From assembly GCA_019637975.1 (NCBI GenBank), contig JAHBUR010000001.1, positions 14,444 through 78,443 on the forward strand: a DNA stretch of 64,000 bases, read 5' to 3'. The translations under genes and the position numbers were made by a program. The stretch's first letter is position 1; each line of letters opens with the position of its first letter. Below the pieces are notes generated by a model, which saw nothing but the letters and a program-made list of their open reading frames with translations, made no database searches and was not told the origin of the DNA. Shown in pieces: positions 55,707 through 64,000 of this stretch. Origin of the DNA: Bacteroidota bacterium. Lineage in GTDB: Bacteria > Bacteroidota > Ignavibacteria > UBA10030 > UBA6906.

Positions 55707-57440
55707 GTGAATACGACCATCCGTGAGAATCGGTGGACACTTGCTTCGCCCCCGCAACCTGAAGTGGTTGCCCGTCTCTCCAAAGAGATCAACGTTCCCG
55801 AACCAATTGCCAAGGTTCTCGTCCTCCGGGGAATCGACGACTATGACAAAGCAAAAGCCTATTTCCGGCCCAGCCTGAGCCTGCTCCACGACCCGTTCAT
55901 GATGAAAGGAATGGAGTCCGCCGCCAACCGCCTTGTTGCAGCATTACAAAACAATGAACACATCAGAGTCTTTGGTGACTACGATGTTGACGGAACGAAC
56001 GGCGCTGCAATGCTTTATGTCTTCTTCAAGGAACTCGGCGGTCAGGCCTCGTATTATATCCCCGACAGGCTGAAAGAAGGCTACGGTATTTCCAACACCG
56101 GCATCGACAATGCAGTTGAGGCCGGGGCAACTGTTTTTCTTGCCGTTGATTGCGGGATTACCGCTGTCGATCAAGTAGGCTATGCTAACCGATGCGGACT
56201 TGACGTCATCATCTGCGACCATCATGAGCCCGGAAGCGCAATTCCCAACGCTTACGCTGTTCTCGATCCCATACAAGCCGGTGATACTTACCCATTCAAA
56301 AGTCTCTGCGGATGCGGCGTCGGCTTCAAGTTGATTCAGGCTGTCGCAAAGAAACTCGGGAAGGAATCCGTTCTTCCCTCCTATCTCGATTTCGTAACCC
56401 TGGCAAGCACGGCGGATATCGTTTCATTGACGGGAGAAAACAGAATTCTCGTGCGCCTCGGGCTCGAATCGATCAACAAGAATCCGCGTCCCGGCATTCG
56501 CGCTTTGATTGAGATTGCAGGTTTCACGTTGGGAAATGTCCACACAGGGCAAATCGTCTTCGGCCTCGCCCCGCGCATCAATGCCGTCGGACGACTCGGC
56601 GACGCCATGCGGGCTGTCCGGTTGCTGACAAGCGAGACAGTTGAAGAAGCCGAACGCCTTGCCAAAGTGATGGAAGAAGAGAATATGAACCGCCGCAAGA
56701 TTGACGGGGATACCTTTGAAGAAGCCCAACTGCTGATCGAACGTGAATGCGATGATGTTGAAGCGGAGGCGGCTCTAGTGCTGCATCAGGATCATTGGCA
56801 TCCCGGCGTTGTCGGGATTGTGGCTTCGCGGATGGTCGAGAAGTACTACAAACCGTCCATTATGATGGCAACCGTAGACGGCGTTGCAAAAGGTTCCGCA
56901 CGCAGCGTCTCGGGATTTAATATCTATGATGCGCTCAAGCGATGTGAAGAATCCATTCTCCAGTTCGGCGGACACAAATACGCAGCCGGCGTGACGGTGG
57001 AATTGGCAAAGCTGGAGGAGTTCAAGGAAGCGTTCAAAAATGCCGTCCGCGATTTGATGAGCGACGAGTTGAGAAAGCCTGAAATCAAGATAGATACGGA
57101 GATCACTCTTCAGGAAATCACGCCACGGCTTGTTCGTTTGCTGAATGAGTTTTCGCCCTTCGGCCCGGGCAACATGCGTCCGGTATTTCTTTCACAACAT
57201 CTCGAGCTTGCCGGTCCGCCCCGCATCGTCGGCAGAAACCATCTCCGCTTTAAGGTAAAACAGAACAACCACATCATTGACGCAATCGGGTTCAATCTCG
57301 GGCATCTAATGCCAAAGCTCACTCCCGGCAGAAGGGATGTCGAGTGTGTCTTCACGATCGAAGAGAATGATTTCGTATCGAGAAATGGAAATGGAAGGCG
57401 GGATACAGTGCCACAACTCAAAATCAAAGATATCAAATAG
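55707..57440 (+). CDS. recJ: single-stranded-DNA-specific exonuclease RecJ
   Basis: DHH-family motifs: VFGDYDVDGTNG, AVDCG, ICDHH. A DHHA1 region follows. GTG start preceded by GAGGAG. Confidence 0.9.
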   Translation: MNTTIRENRWTLASPPQPEVVARLSKEINVPEPIAKVLVLRGIDDYDKAKAYFRPSLSLLHDPFMMKGMESAANRLVAALQNNEHIRVFGDYDVDGTNGAAMLYVFFKELGGQASYYIPDRLKEGYGISNTGIDNAVEAGATVFLAVDCGITAVDQVGYANRCGLDVIICDHHEPGSAIPNAYAVLDPIQAGDTYPFKSLCGCGVGFKLIQAVAKKLGKESVLPSYLDFVTLASTADIVSLTGENRILVRLGLESINKNPRPGIRALIEIAGFTLGNVHTGQIVFGLAPRINAVGRLGDAMRAVRLLTSETVEEAERLAKVMEEENMNRRKIDGDTFEEAQLLIERECDDVEAEAALVLHQDHWHPGVVGIVASRMVEKYYKPSIMMATVDGVAKGSARSVSGFNIYDALKRCEESILQFGGHKYAAGVTVELAKLEEFKEAFKNAVRDLMSDELRKPEIKIDTEITLQEITPRLVRLLNEFSPFGPGNMRPVFLSQHLELAGPPRIVGRNHLRFKVKQNNHIIDAIGFNLGHLMPKLTPGRRDVECVFTIEENDFVSRNGNGRRDTVPQLKIKDIK

Positions 57441-57463
57441 ACTTCGACACAGGAGAACTCATT

Positions 57464-58225
57464 ATGTCCGGTCACTCCAAATGGTCAACCATCAAACGCA
57501 AGAAAGGCGCTACCGATGCTGCACGAGGCCGTCTGTTCACGCGACTTATCAAGGAGATCACGATTGCGGCTCGCGACGGAGGCGGCAACCCGGATGGCAA
57601 TCCCCGTTTGCGTCTGGCCATCAATACAGCAAAGGCCGCCAACATGCCCGCCGACAATATCAAGCGCGCAATCCAGAAAGGTACCGGTGAACTGCCGGGC
57701 GTATTGTATGAAGAAGTCACTTACGAAGGATATGCACCGGGCGGCGTTGCCATCATTGTCGAGTGCGTAACCGACAACAGTACGCGTACGGTTTCCGAAA
57801 TGCGGCACATCTTCTCGCGCCACAACGGCAACTTGGGATCGAGCGGCAGCGTTGCGTGGATGTTCCACAAGAAGGGACAGATTGTCGTGCCGACATCGGG
57901 TCAGCCAAAACCGGTCAGCGAAGATGATTTACTGACGATCATTCTCGACGCCGGAGCCGACGATATGCAAGCGGATGAAAGCGGCTTCACCATCACAACT
58001 ACACCGCAAGCATTTGAAGCCGTGAAGAAGGCAATCGACGACAAGGGAATTCTCGTCGAGAGCGCATCTGTTCAGATGGTTCCCGAAAACCAGACGAAGG
58101 TCTCCGGAAAGGAAGCCGAACAGACTCTCAAACTCATGGAAGCGCTCGAAGAACATGACGACGTACAGAATGTCTACGCCAATTTTGATATTGATGAGAA
58201 GGAAATGGCTGCGTTGAATGGCTAA
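57464..58225 (+). CDS. YebC/PmpR-family DNA-binding regulator
   Basis: MSGHSKWSTIKRKKGATDAARG... is the family hallmark. AGGAGA SD is present. 253 aa. Confidence 0.95.
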   Translation: MSGHSKWSTIKRKKGATDAARGRLFTRLIKEITIAARDGGGNPDGNPRLRLAINTAKAANMPADNIKRAIQKGTGELPGVLYEEVTYEGYAPGGVAIIVECVTDNSTRTVSEMRHIFSRHNGNLGSSGSVAWMFHKKGQIVVPTSGQPKPVSEDDLLTIILDAGADDMQADESGFTITTTPQAFEAVKKAIDDKGILVESASVQMVPENQTKVSGKEAEQTLKLMEALEEHDDVQNVYANFDIDEKEMAALNG

Positions 58226-58823
58226 GGTGTCCCGACACGGCGTGAAGAAGCGCTCACATGCGGAGAGAATATCCCGCCCGGAATCCATCATCGTGCTTGG
58301 CGTTGACCCGGGGACTCTTGTAACGGGATACGGACTGGTTGCACGGAAAAACAATGAAGTGACGTTTCTCGCCTGCGGCAGCATCAGCAACAACGGCGGC
58401 ACGGCAATGCCGCTACGCTTGAAGAAGATTTATAATGAGTTGTGTGATGTGATTGCAAAATACCACCCCGACGAGTTTGCGATCGAGTCGGCGTTCTACG
58501 GCAAAAATGCCCAATCGGCATTGAAGTTGGGACACGCCCGCGGCGTTTCCATTCTCGCTGCCGTCGAAAAGCAAATCCCGACCGCCGAATACTCGCCCCG
58601 CGAAGTCAAGCGGGCCATCGTCGGCACCGGCGCTGCCTCAAAGGAACAAGTCCAGTTTATGGTCAAATCCCTGCTCGGCGTAGCAGGTTCAAAAATGCTG
58701 CACGATACATCCGATGCCCTCGCCATCGCAATCTGCCACGCACAGCGTATGACAACGCCATCTTCAACACACAAGGATTGGAAATCCTACATTGCGGCAC
58801 ATCCTGAGCGGGTACGCGCATGA
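58218..58823 (+). CDS. ruvC: crossover junction endodeoxyribonuclease RuvC
   Basis: VLGVDPGT (catalytic Asp), FAIESAFYGKN (Glu), HDTSDALAIAICHA (Asp/His cluster). The start is uncertain: ATG 58218 overlaps the yebC-like stop, and in-frame GTGs at 58227 and 58293 are possible. Confidence 0.85.
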   Translation: MAKVSRHGVKKRSHAERISRPESIIVLGVDPGTLVTGYGLVARKNNEVTFLACGSISNNGGTAMPLRLKKIYNELCDVIAKYHPDEFAIESAFYGKNAQSALKLGHARGVSILAAVEKQIPTAEYSPREVKRAIVGTGAASKEQVQFMVKSLLGVAGSKMLHDTSDALAIAICHAQRMTTPSSTHKDWKSYIAAHPERVRA

Positions 58824-59428
58824 TTGCTTCGCTTCGCGGAAAACTTCTCGCAAAATCTCCCACAGAATTATTGTTGGATGTCAACGGCGTCGGGTACGCG
58901 GTCAGTATTCCTTTGTCTACTTTTGAGAAGATTGGCGAGACCGGAAGTGAAACAACTCTTCTTACCTATCTGCATGTTCGGGAAGATGCGCTGCAACTCT
59001 ACGGCTTCTCGACGGAAGAAGAGCGCAATCTCTTCAAACTTCTCATCTCCGTTTCTGGTATCGGGCCGAGAATGGCGCAGAGTATTCTTTCGGGAATCTC
59101 CGCTTCCGATCTTACCAACTACATCAGCGAGGGAAATCATTTCGCCCTGACAAGAATACCCGGGATCGGAAAAAAGATTGCCGAGCGGCTGGTAGTTGAG
59201 TTGAGAGAGAAGATCGGGAAGATGGAAATGCCCACCTCCCTCCCTCCTGCCTCTTCGGCATCACAGTCGAGCATTCGCTCGGAGGCGTTGCTTGCGCTTA
59301 CCTCACTCGGCTTCAATCGAAGTGTTGCGGAGAAAGCACTCCGTGCTGCAATTCAGGAGACAAATGGGAAGGATGTGACTGTTGAGGTGTTGCTTAAAGC
59401 AGCGCTGAAGCACGCAAGCGGAAATTGA
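58820..59428 (+). CDS. ruvA: Holliday junction branch-migration protein RuvA
   Basis: MIASLRGKL...LLDVNGVGY (OB domain), two HhH motifs (VSGIGPRMA, IPGIGKKIAERL), and a C-terminal domain III. ATGA overlap with ruvC. Confidence 0.9.
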   Translation: MIASLRGKLLAKSPTELLLDVNGVGYAVSIPLSTFEKIGETGSETTLLTYLHVREDALQLYGFSTEEERNLFKLLISVSGIGPRMAQSILSGISASDLTNYISEGNHFALTRIPGIGKKIAERLVVELREKIGKMEMPTSLPPASSASQSSIRSEALLALTSLGFNRSVAEKALRAAIQETNGKDVTVEVLLKAALKHASGN

Positions 59429-59437
59429 CGGGGGACA

Positions 59438-59785
59438 TCAAGCGACTCTGATGCCTTCGGTCATAGCTTCATGGGGAATCATGTTCTCATCCGTGAAATC
59501 ATCGGGGTGATATGCCAGAGGTGAAATCCGTAAGTCAATATCATAACGGAGCTTCGCAATTCTCAAACTATCCTCAAAGCGAGAATGATTGAATTCTTCC
59601 GAAACGACAACAATATCAATGTCGCTATCCTTGTGAAAGTCGCCTCGCGCAAATGAGCCGTAAAGATACGCCATAGCAACCGCAATGCGGTTCTGACGTA
59701 GCTTCTCCACATATCGCTTCGCAAGCTCTATTGCTTCACGAGTGCTTGGAGCTTCTCTTGAAATTCTTCCGTTTTTGTAAGGCAT
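59438..59785 (-). CDS. minimal nucleotidyltransferase (MNT-type antitoxin of a HEPN/MNT pair)
   Basis: Pol-beta superfamily signature [20 protein letters not shown] (GS...DxD). The start is uncertain: ATG 59785 overlaps the HEPN gene by 50 nt, and GTG 59710 is possible. Confidence 0.75.
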   Translation of the reverse strand: MPYKNGRISREAPSTREAIELAKRYVEKLRQNRIAVAMAYLYGSFARGDFHKDSDIDIVVVSEEFNHSRFEDSLRIAKLRYDIDLRISPLAYHPDDFTDENMIPHEAMTEGIRVA

Positions 59786-60128
59786 GATTCTGCCAGTTCT
59801 CTTGTTGCAGCTTGTACAACTGATACTTCTCATCAGGATACCGGGCTTCAATCACGAACCGATTCAGGAGTTCGCAGAATTCCCTCTCATTTTCCTCAAG
59901 AAGCAGATTCGCCCGTTCAGCGAGATAAATAAGGTCATGGGAATACGGAGCGAGTTGTTCCGTCACACGGACTACGAGCGCTTTCAGGTGTTTCTCCACC
60001 ACCAAATGGCAGAAGAAACACGAGTGATGATAGTTTTTTCCAGCGGCGAAAATTACCTTTGCGGTTTCGAAATCGCTGGTCGCTGTTTGCAGCCAGTGAT
60101 CAACCTGTTTCGACACATTGATTTTCAC
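59736..60128 (-). CDS. HEPN-domain protein (toxin partner of MNT)
   Basis: 130 aa and helical. [14 protein letters not shown]...SHDLIYLAE...IEARYPDE follows the PF05168-type HEPN pattern (AxEKxLKA...THDL...RY). Confidence 0.75.
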   Translation of the reverse strand: MKINVSKQVDHWLQTATSDFETAKVIFAAGKNYHHSCFFCHLVVEKHLKALVVRVTEQLAPYSHDLIYLAERANLLLEENEREFCELLNRFVIEARYPDEKYQLYKLQQENWQNHALQKRKNFKRSSKHS

Positions 60129-60202
60129 GATTCAAATGTACCAATCCCCCCCTCCAAAAACAACCGTTGTATTTCACGGCTCTCTACCTTACATTACTCC
60201 CG

Positions 60203-61246
60203 ATGGCAAAATCAGACTACACATCTCCCGAACGATTTGCCGCCGAAGCCGAACTCGATCAGGCGTTGCGGCCCCTCACCTTTGAAGAATTCTTCGGTCA
60301 AGAGAAAATAACCGATAATCTCAAGGTTTTTATTAATGCCGCGAAACAACGCGGCGAAGCGCTCGACCATGTTCTGCTAACAGGCCCTCCGGGTCTCGGC
60401 AAAACAACGCTTGCTCACATCATTGCCAATCGGATGGGAAGCAACCTGAAGATGACTTCGGGACCTGTTCTTGACAAGCCGGGAGATTTGGCGGGACTAC
60501 TCACCAACTTGCAGGAAGGCGATGTTCTTTTTATTGATGAAATTCATCGGCTCAATGCCGTTGTGGAGGAGTACCTTTACTCGGCAATGGAGGATTTCAG
60601 GCTTGACATCATGATTGATTCGGGGCCGAGCGCACGCAGCATCCAACTCACGCTTCCGAAATTCACGCTTATCGGCGCAACGACGCGTGCCGGTTTGCTG
60701 ACAGCGCCGCTTCGTGCCCGATTCGGCATCGCCAACAGACTTGATTATTACGATACCGGAACGTTGTTCGACATCATCCTCCGATCGGCAAAAATTCTTG
60801 ACGTCAAGATCGAAAAAGAAGGCGCAGGCGAAATTGCCAGCCGATCCCGCGGAACGCCGCGCATCGCCAACCGCTTGTTGCGCCGTTGCCGGGATTTTGC
60901 ACAAGCAGAGAAGAAACTCTCTCACGCGCACGGCATCATCTCGAAAGAAGTGGCCGACTATTCTCTCAAAGCCCTCGAGGTGGATGAACACGGCCTTGAT
61001 GAAATGGATAAACGGATTATTTTGTGTTTGATTGAAAAATATAACGGAGGGCCGGTCGGCGTGAACACCATCGGTGTCGCCGTCGGCGAAGAGCCGGGAA
61101 CGATTGAAGAAGTATACGAACCGTACTTGATTCAGGAAGGATTTATCAAGCGAACGCCGCGGGGGCGCGAGGCAACCGAGTTGGCGTACAAGCATTTCAA
61201 GTTGAGACGGGGGAAGGGAGATAACCAACCGACCTTATTCTCATGA
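60203..61246 (+). CDS. ruvB: Holliday junction DNA helicase RuvB
   Basis: [12 protein letters not shown], Walker [10 protein letters not shown], Walker [18 protein letters not shown], and the [13 protein letters not shown] sensor region. I chose ATG 60203 over the upstream TTG 60167. Confidence 0.95.
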   Translation: MAKSDYTSPERFAAEAELDQALRPLTFEEFFGQEKITDNLKVFINAAKQRGEALDHVLLTGPPGLGKTTLAHIIANRMGSNLKMTSGPVLDKPGDLAGLLTNLQEGDVLFIDEIHRLNAVVEEYLYSAMEDFRLDIMIDSGPSARSIQLTLPKFTLIGATTRAGLLTAPLRARFGIANRLDYYDTGTLFDIILRSAKILDVKIEKEGAGEIASRSRGTPRIANRLLRRCRDFAQAEKKLSHAHGIISKEVADYSLKALEVDEHGLDEMDKRIILCLIEKYNGGPVGVNTIGVAVGEEPGTIEEVYEPYLIQEGFIKRTPRGREATELAYKHFKLRRGKGDNQPTLFS

Positions 61247-61998
61247 AACCGGCAAGCATAATCCTGATTGTTTCTTGTCTCACCGTTGCCGCAACTGATG
61301 CATTGGCACAGAACGAGGCTGATACGTCGTCTCTCCGTGAAGTGTACGATCCCGGACAGAACCGGTTGTTCGCCATGTCAACCGGACGAACAATGCCGGA
61401 GGGAAAAGTCTCGATCGGCGATTTCATGCTTTTCCTTTTGCAGGCAGGCTACGCACCGGCTGACTTCATCCATTTCAATCTGTCGTACTTGACAACGTTC
61501 ACTCGAAGTTCTGCCCGGTATTGGTCCGTTGGCACAAAAGTGCAAATCCTCAAAACCAACGGAGTTGTTAAGGGAATAGCAATCGGCGCCGATTTCGGCT
61601 TTTTCGATGAGTTGTTCGGCGTTGCATCACGATATGATGAACGCGTTGTTTCATTCAACATCGCAGCTTCGGTTGGAGGAACCTTCGGCGGGGTTCATCT
61701 GAACATGGCCTATCTCGCTTCGCCGGCAAGTGGTTATGGTCGGGCACCATTTCCGACCTACATTCAAATCGGGACAGATATGATTTTGAGTCGATACGAG
61801 AGTGGAGGCGGGTTGAAGCTGATGGGCGAAATACTGACCACCCCGGGCAATCGCGGCATATCAGGGAATGTCGCGATAGTTGGAATACGTGTGTGTTCTC
61901 CAAAGTCGGTTTTTGATATTGGCTGGCCATTCGCCTTGGGAGAAGGTAGAGCAGTGGCCTCGCAGGTCCCGTTTCTCAGTTTTTGCTTCGTCTTCTAA
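61243..61998 (+). CDS. hypothetical secreted / outer-membrane beta-barrel-like protein
   Basis: Signal peptide: [23 protein letters not shown]. Alternating beta-strand pattern with a C-terminal aromatic ...LSFCFVF. ATGA overlap with the ruvB stop. Confidence 0.6.
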   Translation: MKPASIILIVSCLTVAATDALAQNEADTSSLREVYDPGQNRLFAMSTGRTMPEGKVSIGDFMLFLLQAGYAPADFIHFNLSYLTTFTRSSARYWSVGTKVQILKTNGVVKGIAIGADFGFFDELFGVASRYDERVVSFNIAASVGGTFGGVHLNMAYLASPASGYGRAPFPTYIQIGTDMILSRYESGGGLKLMGEILTTPGNRGISGNVAIVGIRVCSPKSVFDIGWPFALGEGRAVASQVPFLSFCFVF

Positions 61999-62007
61999 GG
62001 AGATGTT

Positions 62008-63606
62008 ATGCCCTTCGACAAAGATCTGACATCAATTCAGGAAGTCCGTGACGCGCTGGTAAAGGCCAAGGCGGCGCAACTCGAATTCAAAAACTACTCG
62101 CAAGAACAAGTTGATAAAATCGTCAAAGCGATGGTCGACGCGGGCGTTGCAGAGTCGGCAAGACTCGGCAGGCTGGCATGTGATGAAACGGGATTCGGCA
62201 AGCCTGAAGACAAGCAGAAGAAAAACGAGTTCTCCACAAAGCGCGTGTGGGAATCCATCAAAGATTTGAAAACTGTTGGTGTTGTCGAAGTTGACGAGAC
62301 AAAGAAAATCTACAAAATCGCCGAACCGATGGGAGTTGTTGCGGCACTTATCCCTTCGACAAATCCGACATCAACGGCAATGTTCAAGGCAATCATATCC
62401 GTGAAAGCAAGGAATGCCTGCGTCGCAAGTCCGCATCCGCGTGCTGTGCACTGTACCAACGAGGCCATTAACGTTGTGCGTGATGCTGCGGAACGAGCCG
62501 GGGCGCCGAAGCATCTGATTGCCTGTTTGGGAACTCCCGCCATCGAAGGCACAAACGAACTGATGCGGCACAAGCTGACCGCCGTGATTCTCGCAACCGG
62601 CAGCAACCAGATGGTGAAGGCGGCGTACAGCTCGGGTAAGCCTGCGTTCGGAGTCGGGTCGGGCAATGTGCCTGCATTCATTGAGCGAACCGCTAACATC
62701 AAGAAAGCCGTCGCCGACATTATTTCGGGGAAGCAGTTCGACTATGGCGTCCTTTGTTCAACTGAATCGGCCCTCGTGTGCGACGCTCCGATCAAGAATG
62801 CGGTTGTTGAGGAATGCAAGAAGCGCGGCGCATACTTTGTTGCGGGAGATGAAAAAGACAGGCTTGCCCGCCTCATGTTCAGCGATCGTGGTGCAATCAA
62901 TCCGGATATGGTCGGGAAGTCCCCCGAGTTTATTGCACAAAAGGCGGGCATCAGCGTTCCCGCAAACACAACCGTTCTTATCGCCGAGATGCAGGGAGTC
63001 GGGAGGGAATATCCGCTTTCGCGGGAGAAGCTCTCGCCTGTTCTTTCCTTCTATACGGAAGACGGGTGGCGTAACGCGTGTCATCGTTGCATTGAACTGC
63101 TTGAATTTGGCGGTATCGGACACACGCTTGTGATTCACTCGAAGGATCATGACATCATTATGAAGTTTGCGCTCGAGAAACCCGCAATGCGTATTCTCGC
63201 CAACACGCAGGCTGCGTTGGGAGCGGTCGGCTACACCAACGGACTCGATCCTTCCATGACACTCGGCCCCGGAACATGGGGTGGTTCTATTATTTCGGAA
63301 AACGTGACGGCCCGGCATCTCATGAATATCAAGCGATTGGCCTTCGAAACTCATCCCATCAATCCCGATGAGGTGAAGTACGCGGCTCCTGCAAGCCCGC
63401 AGCAGTCTCTTCCGCATACTATCCCCGCTTCATGGATGGATGAGATTGACAAGCGCATTATCATGAAGGCCGGCAACACTCCGGTGTGGCAAAAAGAAGA
63501 GCCGCCTGCTCCGCACCAGTACCTGAAACCGCCTGAGTATGGCTCCGGCATTTCAGCGGAGGAAATCGACCGTATTGTCAGAACATTCACGAAAGATCGA
63601 TCATAA
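62008..63606 (+). CDS. CoA-acylating aldehyde dehydrogenase (EutE/PduP/SucD/AdhE-N-domain-like) with a C-terminal extension of roughly 85 aa
   Basis: GGAG SD is present. N-terminus SIQEVRDALVKAKAAQLEF...QVDKIV is typical of acylating ALDHs. IPSTNPTST, and the catalytic Cys in FDYGVLCSTESA (compare AdhE FDNGVICASEQS as I recall it). The core ends near ...NIKRLAF. A Pro-rich tail follows. Confidence 0.8.
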   Translation: MPFDKDLTSIQEVRDALVKAKAAQLEFKNYSQEQVDKIVKAMVDAGVAESARLGRLACDETGFGKPEDKQKKNEFSTKRVWESIKDLKTVGVVEVDETKKIYKIAEPMGVVAALIPSTNPTSTAMFKAIISVKARNACVASPHPRAVHCTNEAINVVRDAAERAGAPKHLIACLGTPAIEGTNELMRHKLTAVILATGSNQMVKAAYSSGKPAFGVGSGNVPAFIERTANIKKAVADIISGKQFDYGVLCSTESALVCDAPIKNAVVEECKKRGAYFVAGDEKDRLARLMFSDRGAINPDMVGKSPEFIAQKAGISVPANTTVLIAEMQGVGREYPLSREKLSPVLSFYTEDGWRNACHRCIELLEFGGIGHTLVIHSKDHDIIMKFALEKPAMRILANTQAALGAVGYTNGLDPSMTLGPGTWGGSIISENVTARHLMNIKRLAFETHPINPDEVKYAAPASPQQSLPHTIPASWMDEIDKRIIMKAGNTPVWQKEEPPAPHQYLKPPEYGSGISAEEIDRIVRTFTKDRS

Positions 63607-63671
63607 CAGATTGGTACTGTTTTACACGCACAAGCATCCACCAACACCCGTATTCCGCAAGGAACCATCAC

Positions 63672-64000
63672 ATGCCAAAAAACCCAAACGGTCAACCGGA
63701 AAACTCACCCGAGCATCTCGATCAGATTCGTGACATTATCTTCGGGCCGCAGAAGCGGGAACTCGACATCAAGCTGGAACACCTTCAGTCTGAGTTACAG
63801 GAGCTGAACGCACTCGTTGCACGCCACGTTGACGAGTTGCGGTCCGGCATCACTTCGTTGGACAAGAAGTTAACATCTCTCAAGGAAAGCACATCTCACG
63901 ATAACACCTCGATGCAACAAGCGATTGCGGCGACGGCGGATCGACTGGACAAAGCCATTGAGGCCACGCGACATAGCGCATCAGAGAAGACGTCTTCGAT
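63672..64000 (+). CDS. hypothetical coiled-coil protein, 3' end outside window
   Basis: ATG at 63672. The frame stays open to the window end (109 codons, checked by hand): MPKNPNGQPENSPEHLDQIRDIIFGPQKRELDIKLEHLQSELQELNALV... It is not in the ORF track because no stop is reached. Confidence 0.5.
   Translation, partial: MPKNPNGQPENSPEHLDQIRDIIFGPQKRELDIKLEHLQSELQELNALVARHVDELRSGITSLDKKLTSLKESTSHDNTSMQQAIAATADRLDKAIEATRHSASEKTSS

Noticed and set aside
55220-55889. Minus-strand ORFs of 197 aa and 154 aa (55220-55813, 55425-55889)
   Set aside because: They overlap the RNase P RNA gene, which is identified by its P1 pairing and universally conserved P4 and L15-type sequences on the plus strand. 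Structured GC-rich RNA genes commonly produce spurious ORFs.
1-64000. CRISPR arrays, tRNA/rRNA genes, transposases/integrases, reverse transcriptase (a DGR acting on the variable T9SS cargo)
   Set aside because: No regularly spaced direct repeats, cloverleaf-like sequences, DDE/tyrosine-recombinase motifs or RT motifs (YxDD) were seen in any ORF or spacer. The modularity of the cargo genes is better explained by domain duplication. A proper tRNAscan/Infernal/ISfinder run would be needed to be certain.

Overview
This is a 64-kb, densely coding chromosomal window with about 55 protein genes and one RNase P RNA. I saw no rRNA, tRNA, CRISPR array, transposase or integrase.

Bases 1-19245 (+ strand) look accessory. 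They hold four very large secreted proteins, each ending in a type A T9SS (Por) C-terminal sorting domain. One is a 3418-aa parallel-beta-helix giant. The four genes share shuffled modules: a BNR/Ycf48-like propeller, a CARDB-like domain and choice-of-anchor-J-like domains. T9SS cargo implies a host in the FCB superphylum (Ignavibacteria/Kapabacteria/Bacteroidota-like); this is inference only.

The rest is mostly housekeeping:
- lysine catabolism: lat, an aldehyde dehydrogenase, and gcdH further away
- purine genes: purB, purD, guaB
- htrA-like protease, plsY, larB
- reverse transsulfuration: CBS plus cystathionine gamma-lyase
- a nucleotidyltransferase fused to a phosphomutase-like domain
- ptsN-like EIIA, lgt, rlmB
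- acyl-CoA genes: MCC-beta-like carboxyltransferase, ACAD, MeaB
- cell-envelope glycosyltransferases
- nif3, a Zn-ribbon protein and rnpB; then recJ and yebC-ruvC-ruvA ... ruvB
- a CoA-acylating aldehyde dehydrogenase

The most unusual points:
1. the modular T9SS cargo array
2. an NtrC-type sigma54 activator split between its receiver and AAA+ domains
3. a regulator trio (NtrC with a GAFTNA loop, a CheY-like receiver, and a REC-DHp protein lacking an ATPase domain) with no kinase nearby
4. a more AT-rich HEPN/MNT toxin-antitoxin cassette inserted on the opposite strand between ruvA and ruvB
5. a phosphomutase-like domain with all four catalytic loops degenerate
6. an acylating aldehyde dehydrogenase with a C-terminal tail of two linker-separated amphipathic helices that resemble encapsulation peptides
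7. a compact promoter / 30-codon ORF / terminator unit

All functional calls come from motif recognition in the supplied translations and from reading the DNA by hand. No database search or folding program was run.
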